64,000 nucleotides of DNA. Source: Alphaproteobacteria bacterium (GTDB lineage Bacteria; Pseudomonadota; Alphaproteobacteria; MPNO01; UBA830). The notes beneath the pieces are model-generated. The model was not told the origin of the DNA. It saw nothing but the letters and a program-made list of their open reading frames with translations, and searched no databases. The stretch lies in contig OZ251539.1 in assembly GCA_965243135.1 (NCBI GenBank), forward strand, positions 864,001 to 928,000. The letters run 5' to 3'. This document shows, piece by piece, positions 53,548 through 62,526 of this stretch (position 1 is its first letter; each line of letters begins with the position of its first letter). Position numbers and translations under genes: made by a program.

Positions 53548-54318
53548 CTACAGCATCACTTCGCCGCCGCAGACGGCGATCGACTGCCCGGTGATGAAAG
53601 ACGAGGCGCCGGAGGCCAGAAACAGAAGCGTGCCCACCAGATCGTCGGTGGTTTCGCTCCGCTTGAGAATCCGCATGTTCTTGACGGCCTGGCGGCCTTC
53701 CTCGGTCATGATGGCGTGCTCGACTTCCGTTTCCGTGTAGCCCGGCATGACGGCGTTCACGTTGATGTTGTCGTCGCCCAGTTCCCGCGCCATCACGCGA
53801 GTCATTCCGACGACGGCCGCCTTCGAGGTGACGTAATGCATGAACCCGGTCGTGCCTTGGGGGACCGTGCCGGACGAGATGTTGATGATCCGTCCTCCTC
53901 CGGCAGCGCGCATCGCCGGCAGGACGGCCCGGGCGCACAGATAAGACCCGGTGACGTTCACGTTCATTACGCGGTTCCATTCGTCCAGCGGAATTTCCTC
54001 GAAACTGCGGCGTTCGAGCGTCGAGAAGATTGCGGCGTTGTTCACCAGAACGTCGATGCGCCCGTACGCGTCGAGCGCCTTGCTGGCCATTGCCTCGACC
54101 GAACTCTGCGAAGCGACGTCGGTTTCGACCGCGAGGGCCTTGCCGCCCTTGGCTTCGATTTCGCCGGCTACGCGGCGGGCATTCGCGCCATCGAGTTCGG
54201 CGACGACCGGCACGGCGCCCGCTTCCGCGAACGCATGCGCGTACTTGCGCCCGATGCCTTGTCCCGCGCCGGTGATGACGACGACTTTTCCCTCCACGCC
54301 AAAAAGATTCGAGGCCAT
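53548..54318 (-). CDS. SDR oxidoreductase
   Basis: TGAGQGIG, NNAA, YVTSK and PG.TET. Confidence 0.92.
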   Translation of the reverse strand: MASNLFGVEGKVVVITGAGQGIGRKYAHAFAEAGAVPVVAELDGANARRVAGEIEAKGGKALAVETDVASQSSVEAMASKALDAYGRIDVLVNNAAIFSTLERRSFEEIPLDEWNRVMNVNVTGSYLCARAVLPAMRAAGGGRIINISSGTVPQGTTGFMHYVTSKAAVVGMTRVMARELGDDNINVNAVMPGYTETEVEHAIMTEEGRQAVKNMRILKRSETTDDLVGTLLFLASGASSFITGQSIAVCGGEVML

Positions 54319-54600
54319 GATTCTTCTCCCTGCCGGTATCGTTTCGCGCTCTTGCGTCCGGGACCGGACGGCCGCCGCCAGCAGGCGGCTTGTAACGCAA
54401 CGCTTTCCGCGTGTCGACCGGATCGCGGCGGCTCTCGGCGGACGCGCCGCGAAAAGGCCGGGTCGAAAGTTCCGGCCTCCGGACGCTGGCGCGCTGCGGA
54501 CGAACGCGCTTGCCGTTCGCTTTGGGCTCGCTTCCGTTTACCCGGCGATGACGCGATGTTACGCTTTTTCGCAGCGACGCCTTGGTGGGGATGGTGCGCC

Positions 54601-55934
54601 GTGCAGACTGCCTTCACGAGCGAGCAACTCGCGAAACCGCACATTTCCGCCGCCGACGGGATCCTGAAGGATTGCGTGCATTACGGGTTCTGCACGGCGG
54701 TTTGTCCGACTTACGTTCTGCTTCGCGACGAGAACGACGCGCCGCGCGGCCGGATAGATCTCATCAGAGAAATGCTGGAGGCTGGCGGCGAGCCGTCGCC
54801 GCGAACGGTCGGATACATCGATCGTTGCCTGTCCTGCAACGCCTGCATGACCACCTGCGCCGCCAAGGTCGACTACATGCACCTTGTCGACATTGCGCGC
54901 GCGTATATCGAGCGGCATTACCGCCGTCCGTTGGGCGACCGGCTTCTGCGCCGCCTGATCGCCTTTTCCGTCTCGAGTCCGTCCCGCTTTCGCCTGGCCG
55001 TGAAGGCGGCCGCGTTGTGGGCTCCGTTCCGTCATGCGTTGCCGGGGGCCGGCTGGGCAATCTGATCGACATGGCGCGTCGGGTTCCGGCGTCCCGGGAA
55101 AGCGGAACCGCTTCGGGAGTCTACCAGCCGGAAGGAAAACGGCGGGCGCGGGTGGCGTTGCTTGCCGGATGCGTGCAGGAGGCGGTCGCGCCGCACCTGA
55201 ACGGGGCGGCGATTCGCCTGTTGACCCGGCACGGTTGCGAGGTCGTCGTCGCCCCCGGTTGTTGCGGGGCGCTCGCCCTCCATATGGGCCGGGAGCGGTC
55301 CGCGAAGGCGGCGGCCCGCCAATGCGTATCGGCATGGTCTCGCGAGATCGAGGCCGGCGGGCTGGACGCGATCGTCGCCAGCGCGGCGGGCTGCGGCACG
55401 ACGGTCAAGGACTACGGCCGCATATTCGATGCGGATGAAGCGGAGAGGGCGCGGGAAATCGCGGCGCGGGCGCGGGACGTGACGGAGGTGCTTCACGGGA
55501 TCGGGTTGCGTCCGCTGCAAGGCGGCCTCCCGCTGAAGGTAGCCTATCACGACGCCTGCTCGCTGCAGCATGCCCAGAAGGTCTTTCGACAGCCGCGCGA
55601 GCTGTTGCGCGCAGCGGGATTTTCGGTGGTCGACGTGCCGGAGAGGCATTTTTGCTGCGGCTCGGCCGGAGCGTACAACATGCTTCAGCCCGAAATCGCG
55701 CGGGAATTGGGGCAGCGGAAGGCGGAGCGCATCGAAGAAACCGGCGCGGCGGCGGTCGCCGCCGGGAACCTGGGATGCATGACGCAGATCGGTTTCTTCA
55801 CCGAACTGCCGATCGTCCATACGGTCGAACTGCTGGATTGGGCCACGGGCGGTCCGATGCCTCGAGCGCTGGAAGGCAGGGAATTGACGGCGGACGAGAG
55901 CGGGGATCCATCCGGCGCGCCCGCCGTCTGGTAG
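54601..55934 (+). pseudogene. glcF: Glycolate oxidase Fe-S subunit GlcF-like, frameshifted at a G5 run near 55045
   Basis: N-half: VQTAFT, CVHYGFCTAVCPTY, CLSCNACMTTC. C-half in another frame: GCVQ, CCGAL, YHDACSLQH, CCGSAG.YN, VELLDWATGGP. Confidence 0.82.
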
Positions 55935-55952
55935 CGACAGGGAGGATTGGCC

Positions 55953-57473
55953 ATGAACGAAGGACTCGCGGGGTTCCTGAAGCGGATCGAAGGCGAACTT
56001 GGCTCCGCCGGGGTCGACGTCGCCGACGATACGCTGGCCCGTTACGGAGAAAACACCATGCCCTCGGGCGACCGCCGTCCCGCCGCGGTCCTGTTTCCGG
56101 GGTCAACGGCCGAAGTGCAGGCGATCGTTCGCGCCGCGAACGAGTTCCGGACGCCGCTCTTTCCCATGTCGACGGGCTGCAACATAGGTCTCGGAACGCG
56201 GTCCGCGCCGGCCGCGGGCATGGTCGTCGTCGACTGCGGCAGGCGCATGAACAGGATACTCGAGGTCGACGATGTCCTCGGTTACGCGGCGGTCGAGCCG
56301 GGCGTCAGCTTTCGCATGATGGCCGAGGAATTGCAGCGTCTGGGCGGCCGCTGGATGATTTCCACCACGTCCGGACCGCCGGAAGGCGGGATGATCGGCA
56401 ACGCCCTCGACAAGGGAGCGGGCTACGGCCCGTATTTCGATCACTTCGGATTTTCCTGCGGAATGGAGGTGGTGCTCGGCAACGGCGAGATCCTGCGCAC
56501 CGGCGACGGTTCCATCGAGCACGAGGATCTCATCAACTGGCACGTGTCGAAGTATTGCTTCGGTCCGGTTCTCGACGGCCTGTTCGCGCAGTCGAACTTC
56601 GGGATCGTTACGCGGCTGGGAATCTGGATGTTGCCGCGGCCGCCGGCCGTCAGATCGTTCCACTTCGCGTTTCCCGACGACGGCGACCTGGAAGAAATCG
56701 TCGAACTCTGCCGGCCGCTCAAGATGTCCAATTTCGTGCCGTCGCTGTTTCGGATCTCGAACGACCTTTACCTGGTCGGCACCGAGGACACGCATCCGGA
56801 GTACGAAGCGACGGGCGGGCGCGCATCCGTCAGCGACGAAGCGCGCCGGGAGTTGCGCGCGAAGCACGGAGTCGGCGCGTGGACCGCGTCCGGAGCCTTT
56901 TACGGTCCGTCGATGGAAGCGCTTGACCAACAGATCGATCGCGTGCGCGCTCACTTCACGGCTTCCGGAAAGGCGAAATACGTCCCGCATGAGGAGGCCG
57001 AATCGATGCCGCCCCTCAAATGCGCCATCGATTCGTTTTCGGGGGTTCCGACCGCCGCCGAACTCGGTTTGCTCAAGTGGAGGCCCGGCGGCGGCAACGC
57101 CTGGTTCACGCCGGGCACTCCGATGAACGGCAGGATCGCAAACGAGTTTCAGAGGCTCGGGCGCGAAATTTACGAACGGAACGGTCTCGACTACACCTGC
57201 ATGAACGTAGCGGGTCCGCGATTCGCCCGCGGCCTTCACGTGATCACGTTCAACCGGGAGAGCGAGGACGAGAGCGCGCGCGCCGACCGGACCTACCGGG
57301 AGCTTGCGGAGGCGTATCTCGCGCGCGGCGTCTCGGTCGGCAGGGCGCCGATCGACTGGCACGATTTCCACCTGGAGCGGGCCATGCCGTCGTTCCGGCG
57401 CGCCTGCGGCGAAATAAAGAAAGCGCTCGATCCGAACGGCGTGATCGCCCCCGGGCGCTATGGAATCGCGTGA
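55953..57473 (+). CDS. FAD-binding oxidoreductase, VAO/p-cresol methylhydroxylase flavoprotein family
   Basis: STGCNIGLG, VEPGVSF, GNALDKGAGY, CGMEVVL, QSNFGIVT and LDPNGVIAPG. Confidence 0.87.
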   Translation: MNEGLAGFLKRIEGELGSAGVDVADDTLARYGENTMPSGDRRPAAVLFPGSTAEVQAIVRAANEFRTPLFPMSTGCNIGLGTRSAPAAGMVVVDCGRRMNRILEVDDVLGYAAVEPGVSFRMMAEELQRLGGRWMISTTSGPPEGGMIGNALDKGAGYGPYFDHFGFSCGMEVVLGNGEILRTGDGSIEHEDLINWHVSKYCFGPVLDGLFAQSNFGIVTRLGIWMLPRPPAVRSFHFAFPDDGDLEEIVELCRPLKMSNFVPSLFRISNDLYLVGTEDTHPEYEATGGRASVSDEARRELRAKHGVGAWTASGAFYGPSMEALDQQIDRVRAHFTASGKAKYVPHEEAESMPPLKCAIDSFSGVPTAAELGLLKWRPGGGNAWFTPGTPMNGRIANEFQRLGREIYERNGLDYTCMNVAGPRFARGLHVITFNRESEDESARADRTYRELAEAYLARGVSVGRAPIDWHDFHLERAMPSFRRACGEIKKALDPNGVIAPGRYGIA

Positions 57474-57639
57474 ACCGAACGCAAGCGCCCGGCCGCCGGC
57501 CGAAACGCGAGGCGGCCGGGTCCGCGGCGCGGCACCGTAGCGGCTCGCCTTCGTTTTGACGATCGGCCGTCCGGGCGGCCGTCGCGAACCGACGCGCGAA
57601 CGGCTGGAGCGATCCGTGGGTCGCCGACGGTCGAAAAAA

Positions 57640-57685
57640 AATAACGCAAGATTAGGGTTGATAGATTCGCATCTTGCGGTATTGT
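57640..57685 (+). promoter_or_regulatory. Inverted repeat overlapping the probable promoter of the lipoprotein gene
   Basis: AATAACGCAAGAT (57640-52) and ATCTTGCGGTATT (57671-83) are 12/13 complementary; TTGATA-16nt-TATTGT overlaps them. Confidence 0.55.
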
Positions 57686-57771
57686 TGCGCTCGGGTTGTC
57701 TGGAATTCGGCGTAACGGGCGTCCTGAAGCTTCGCAACCCGCAGGCCGATTAGCATCGAGGAGCAAATAAA

Positions 57772-58047
57772 ATGAAGCGTCTCAAATATCTTGTCGTCGC
57801 CGTGGCGCCGGTTCTCTTCGCCGCGGGTTGCGAGATGTCCCTCAACAAGGAAGACCGGGCAATGCTCGAGAAGGCCAGCGCCGCCGCCGCGGAGGCGCAG
57901 ACCTCCGCCGCCGCCGCCATCGCCGCTTCCAAGAATGCGGCCGATACTGCGCAAGCCGCCGCGGATGCCGCCAAGATGGCCGCCGCCGAAGCCAAGGCTG
58001 CGGGCGACAAGGCCGATCGCATTTTCCAGAAGAATCTCCGCAAGTAG
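57772..58047 (+). CDS. Lpp/OprI-like alanine-zipper lipoprotein
   Basis: Lipobox AAGC; Ala-rich coiled coil; C-terminus ADRIFQKNLRK. Confidence 0.85.
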   Translation: MKRLKYLVVAVAPVLFAAGCEMSLNKEDRAMLEKASAAAAEAQTSAAAAIAASKNAADTAQAAADAAKMAAAEAKAAGDKADRIFQKNLRK

Positions 58048-58048
58048 C

Positions 58049-58987
58049 TCAACCCGGAGGAGTCGCCAGCACGGGAACGGGAACGCCTCGGCGTTCCCGG
58101 GCGGCTCTTCCGACCGCGGTCCAGTCGATTCGGTCCCGGTCGAACCCGGCCGCGCGTGCGACCTTGAATTCCAGTTCCGCGGGCTGGAACGGCGTGAACG
58201 TTCCTGTCTGCTCGATTTCGTCCGCCTGTTCCTGGTCGGGGTGCACTTCGAGCCAGAGCTGGCCCTCGTGGCGAGCGAGCTTGACGTCTTGGTCCACCAC
58301 TCTCACCGGCATCCCGATCTGAACGTCGCCGTACAGACGCGAGATGTCCTCGGGATAGAGTCTCACGCAGCCGTGACTCACGCGGCGCCCCACGCCGTAG
58401 GGTTTGTTGGTGCCGTGGATCAGGTAGGAAGGCCATTCGAGATAGAGCGCATGTTTGCCGAGCGGATTGTCGGGCCCCGGCCGCACGATGGCGGGCAGTT
58501 CCGGCTGGTCCTTCTGCACCGACTTGGGCACGTACCATGTCGGGTTGCGCTGCTTTCGGACGATTTTCGTCGACCCGGTGGGCGTATTCCACCCCAGGTT
58601 GCCGATGCCGAGCGGCGCGGTGTCCACGGTTCGGTTGTCCGGGCGGAAGAAATAAAGCCGCTGGTCCGCGAGGTTGAGAACGAGCCCTTCGCGAGGCGCG
58701 TCGGGCAGAACGTGCCCGGTGGGAAGGGTCAGCTCGACGTCCGCGCCCGGCACCCACGGATCGACGCCGGGGTTGGCGGCGACGATTTCCGTGTAGCCCA
58801 ATCCGGACGCGCGAGCGATGTCCACCAGGGAATCGGAATAGCGGGTCGTGTGGGTGCGGGTTGCGCCGACGATCGCCGGATAGCCGTCCCGTTCGCCGGC
58901 CGCGCGTTTCGCGGCCGCGAGCGAAAACGCCGCCGCGAGCGACGCGCAGAAACCTCGACGACCGATATCAGGCATTGAATTCATCAC
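58049..58987 (-). CDS. L,D-transpeptidase (ErfK/YbiS/YcfS/YnhG family) with LysM-like domain
   Basis: RRGF Tat-like signal, IVAANPGVDPW, PGPDNPLG and IHGTN...SHGCVR. Confidence 0.92.
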   Translation of the reverse strand: MMNSMPDIGRRGFCASLAAAFSLAAAKRAAGERDGYPAIVGATRTHTTRYSDSLVDIARASGLGYTEIVAANPGVDPWVPGADVELTLPTGHVLPDAPREGLVLNLADQRLYFFRPDNRTVDTAPLGIGNLGWNTPTGSTKIVRKQRNPTWYVPKSVQKDQPELPAIVRPGPDNPLGKHALYLEWPSYLIHGTNKPYGVGRRVSHGCVRLYPEDISRLYGDVQIGMPVRVVDQDVKLARHEGQLWLEVHPDQEQADEIEQTGTFTPFQPAELEFKVARAAGFDRDRIDWTAVGRAARERRGVPVPVLATPPG

Positions 58988-59240
58988 GTTTACTATATGC
59001 CATCAAGACCGGGCGTTTGCAACGCGCGATTCGCCGAACCTCGCGCGCCGTCTTCGTCTTTGGGTGCGCCGGCCGAAAGACTCGCCGCGAACGAGCGGCG
59101 GGCATGCTTCGTCGCTGCGGCGCGTTTCCGGCGCTGGCGCGCGAGATGCTCGGCGGGCTTGCCGATCGTCCGCCGCGCCGGATTCCCGACCGGGAAGTCT
59201 TCGGTTATAGTGAGGCTGCGCGTTGAAGGAGGACAGTCCT

Positions 59241-59852
59241 TTGAAGAGAGTGATCGTCGGCATTACCGGTGCCACCGGCACCATATACGGCGTGCGGCTC
59301 ATGGAGCTGATGCGCGACGACGGGGAAATCGAGATTCACCTGATCATGAGCCGGTCGGCCAAGCTGACGCTCAAGATGGAGCACGACCTCGATCTCGACT
59401 ATATCAACGGCCTCGCTCACGACGTGCACGAGCCGGGAAACATCGGCGCCTCGATCTCGTCCGGATCGTTTCATTCCGAAGGGATGATCATCGCTCCCTG
59501 CTCGATCAAGACGATGTCCAACATCGCCATGGGCAATACCGGCGATTTGATCAGCAGGGCCGCCGACGTGATTCTCAAGGAAAGCCGCAAGCTGGTCGTC
59601 GCGATACGCGAGACGCCGTTGCATCTGGGCCATATCGAGAATCTCGCGAAACTCGCGCGCATCGGCGCGGTGATATTTCCGCCGGTGCCGGCGTTCTACA
59701 ACCGCCCCAGTTCGCTTCGGGACATCGTCGACCAGTCCTGCATGCGCATGCTCGATCAGATCGGCGTTCACATCGAATCCGCCCCCCGCTGGGGCGAGGA
59801 GGGCGGGGTTCCCGCAGTCGGCCAGAAGATAGAAGGCGGAAAGGTATCGTAG
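59241..59852 (+). CDS. ubiX: Flavin prenyltransferase UbiX
   Basis: GITGATG, ISSGS, APCSIKT, RAADV.LKE, RETP and PAFY. Confidence 0.93.
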   Translation: MKRVIVGITGATGTIYGVRLMELMRDDGEIEIHLIMSRSAKLTLKMEHDLDLDYINGLAHDVHEPGNIGASISSGSFHSEGMIIAPCSIKTMSNIAMGNTGDLISRAADVILKESRKLVVAIRETPLHLGHIENLAKLARIGAVIFPPVPAFYNRPSSLRDIVDQSCMRMLDQIGVHIESAPRWGEEGGVPAVGQKIEGGKVS

Positions 59853-59859
59853 CGGCGAG

Positions 59860-60630
59860 TCATTCAAGGCGCAGACTGACCTCGCCCAGCCCGTCGAGAT
59901 GGATTTCCGCGGCGCAGGGGAAGCGGTCCAGCCAGACGACCGGCGTGACGGAACCCGTCAGAACGATCTCTCCCTCGCGCAGTTTCCGGCCTTGCGCCCG
60001 GAGCGCGTTGGCGAGCCATGCGACCGCCTCCAGCGGATGGCCCATCACGTCGGCGCCGACGCCTCTTCCGCGTTCCGTTCCGTCGATCAGAACGCGTCCC
60101 GCGACCGCGGCGAGGTCGATCTTCCGGGCGGTTCCGGAACCCAGAACGCAAGCTTTGTGGAAGAAGTCGTCGGCGACGAGCGTGGGCGCGCCCCGCGCCA
60201 GAAAGTCGCCGTATCTGTTTTCGACGATTTCGACCGCCGGCAACGCGCGGTCCACGAGGCCGCCCGCCGCGTCGCGGTCGTAGAGCGAATCGTCCGCGTC
60301 GCGACCGATGCGAACCGCGATCTCGCATTCGATTCCCGGATTGATCAGACCGGCGCTATCGAGCGCCGCGCCGCTGCGGTGCGTGTTGCTCGAAAGCATG
60401 CGGCCGAAAGCCGGCCCGTCGACGCCGAGATAGCGCTGCATGGAGCGCGTGGTCGCGCCGATCTTCCAGCCGGACAACGCGTCCGACGCTCCGAGGATCC
60501 GGTGCAGCGCCGCTTGCACGGCGTACGCTTCGGATAAGTCTCCCGGCCGGTCCCGTTCGGCGAGTTCCGGAACCGGACGCGCCGCCAGCCGCGCCTCGCC
60601 GAGGAGCGCCGCGGTGCGGGCCGCGTCCAT
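59860..60630 (-). CDS. 2-keto-4-pentenoate hydratase/FAH superfamily protein
   Basis: AYAVQ, GWKIGAT, IECEI, AVEIV, GHPLEAVAWL and LTGS. Confidence 0.87.
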   Translation of the reverse strand: MDAARTAALLGEARLAARPVPELAERDRPGDLSEAYAVQAALHRILGASDALSGWKIGATTRSMQRYLGVDGPAFGRMLSSNTHRSGAALDSAGLINPGIECEIAVRIGRDADDSLYDRDAAGGLVDRALPAVEIVENRYGDFLARGAPTLVADDFFHKACVLGSGTARKIDLAAVAGRVLIDGTERGRGVGADVMGHPLEAVAWLANALRAQGRKLREGEIVLTGSVTPVVWLDRFPCAAEIHLDGLGEVSLRLE

Positions 60631-61349
60631 CACGAAATCGGTTTTTCGTCCTCGAAGTCCTTCGCCCGCCTGCTCTCGTTGAGAGCGACCTGGGCGCGGC
60701 AACGGCTCCAGATCTCGCTCCCGTAATACTCGGTGAAATCGTCGTAGATCCGCTGGTAGGGAAGATCCGACCACGTGCCGTGGTTGGCGACGTATTGCAT
60801 GTGCTGGCGGCCGCGCTTGTCGAACTCCTGAAGCAGCGCGTCGCCGACCCCGTCGAACTCGGTCGGCGTCACGTCGAACTTGTCGCAGAGTTCGATGTTG
60901 AAGGCCGGCGCCGCTTTCACCCACCGGTCCTCGATCAGCATCACCGCGTATCCGTGATGAAGGAACAGATCCTTGCCGCCCATCGCGTCGCGAAGCCGTC
61001 GGCTGCACAGGTGATTCGTCACGTCCGACAATCCGATGGCGGTCGGGATGCCGACGTACCGGGTCACGGCGGCGAGCAGCGAGGCCTTGGGGATGCAGAA
61101 AGCGGCGCCGGTTTCGAGCACGTTGCTCGCTTTGTAGGCGTCGGGGTCGTCGACGATTCGGTACGGGTCGTAGCGAATCGAATCCCGCACGGCGTAGAAC
61201 GCGTTGACGGCCTTTTCCCGGTCCGTGGCCGCGCCATCGATCGCGCGGTCGGCGAACTCGCGGATTTTCGAATTGCCGTGGTCGAGGAAGGGAGTCGCCT
61301 CCAAGTATTCTTCGGATGGTTCCGGATATCCGGTTTCAAGAAACTGCAT
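60630..61349 (-). CDS. Transglutaminase-like domain protein
   Basis: VRDSIRYDPY, FCIPKASLL (Cys), HHGY and WVKAAPAFN. Confidence 0.85.
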   Translation of the reverse strand: MQFLETGYPEPSEEYLEATPFLDHGNSKIREFADRAIDGAATDREKAVNAFYAVRDSIRYDPYRIVDDPDAYKASNVLETGAAFCIPKASLLAAVTRYVGIPTAIGLSDVTNHLCSRRLRDAMGGKDLFLHHGYAVMLIEDRWVKAAPAFNIELCDKFDVTPTEFDGVGDALLQEFDKRGRQHMQYVANHGTWSDLPYQRIYDDFTEYYGSEIWSRCRAQVALNESRRAKDFEDEKPIS

Positions 61350-61465
61350 CGTCTGGCCTCGATGTTGACGGAGCGGAAACATAAGGCGGCGGCGCGCGGA
61401 CGACAAGCCTTGCCGCGCGTCGCCGCGGCCGTTCCCCGGAATGCGGCGGACCGGTCGCGCGCCGG

Positions 61466-62498
61466 CCGTCAAGAACATTTTGAACTGGTACATACCAAAT
61501 TAATTGACCGCTTCCGTTGCGGTGATTGGGCCTGCGGGGAAGCGGTCAGGCGCGAAGCGGCTGTCCACGCCTCCGGCGCGTCGAAGCGGGGCCTGCCGGG
61601 TTGCGGTCGGAGATCCGTCGGCCCTGTAGAGAGCGAGGCGTCCGGGGCCGTGGAAGACGGCAAGGGCGTGGTCGGGGTACTCGTGGACCCAAACCCTGAC
61701 CTTGACGTAGTGGTGACGGTCGGCCTGCAGGGTGCGTCCCTTGTACCGCGTGTCGTTCGAGCCGTTCCTCGTGGACGCAGAGGATGTCGTCCAGGGCGCC
61801 GGCGAAGTGCACGAAGGCCGACCCCCTCGGGCGGGGTCGCGAAGCGCCGGTTGCGGTCCGGCAGGTAGACCTGCGTGAGGAAACGGTTAGCCTCGGCCAT
61901 GTCGGCGGCGAGCCTGAGTTCCTGGAGCAGGCGCTGCTGCAAGGTGCCGAACCTCCGAGCGCCCACGGGCTTCAGGCGCGTAGGCGGCGACATGCTCGAC
62001 GCCGGCGAAGGGCGCGCCCGACCTGGGTCGGGTTGTCCTTGTCCACCTTGCCGCCGGCCTCGGGCGTGTGGAAGTAGCGGTTGCCGGTGTAGAGCGAGCG
62101 GAACAGCCCGCGCTCGCCGACCACCTCGCGAAGCGCCTGGAAAGGGTGCCTTCCTCGGCGACGAAGAAGGCCGGTTCGCTGGTGGCGTCGTCCATGGTGA
62201 CGCCCACGGCCGATCGGGCACCCACTCGTGGCGCGAGCCGTCCTGGTGCAGCGCCGGGGGCAGCGCCCGGCACGGGTGCTTGCGCCGGTGGGCGGCGCGG
62301 CTTGCGTGCGGCCATGGGCTTGCAACGTCAGCCGGACGTAGCTGCGCTGGACGCCATGGCTCAGTACCATGGGTGCGACGCCTCCTTTCTCAGTCCCTGT
62401 CGCTATTCCGTCCGCCGCCACCTCCCTGGTCTGGAAGCGTTCTAAACAGGGTACATGGACCGGACATACCGACATGTTAATGACGCTCTCCTTGACGG
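61466..62498 (-). mobile_element. Degraded ISNCY (IS1202-like) element
   Basis: Fragments DDATSE, EEGT, YFHTPEAGGKVDKDNPTQVGRAL, PEARGRSE and FGTLQQRL..ELRLA...EANRFL in shifting frames. CCGTCAAG/CTTGACGG inverted ends; the boundaries are tentative. Confidence 0.78.
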
Positions 62499-62526
62499 TT
62501 CCGGCATGGCGGCCTACCCTCTTCGG

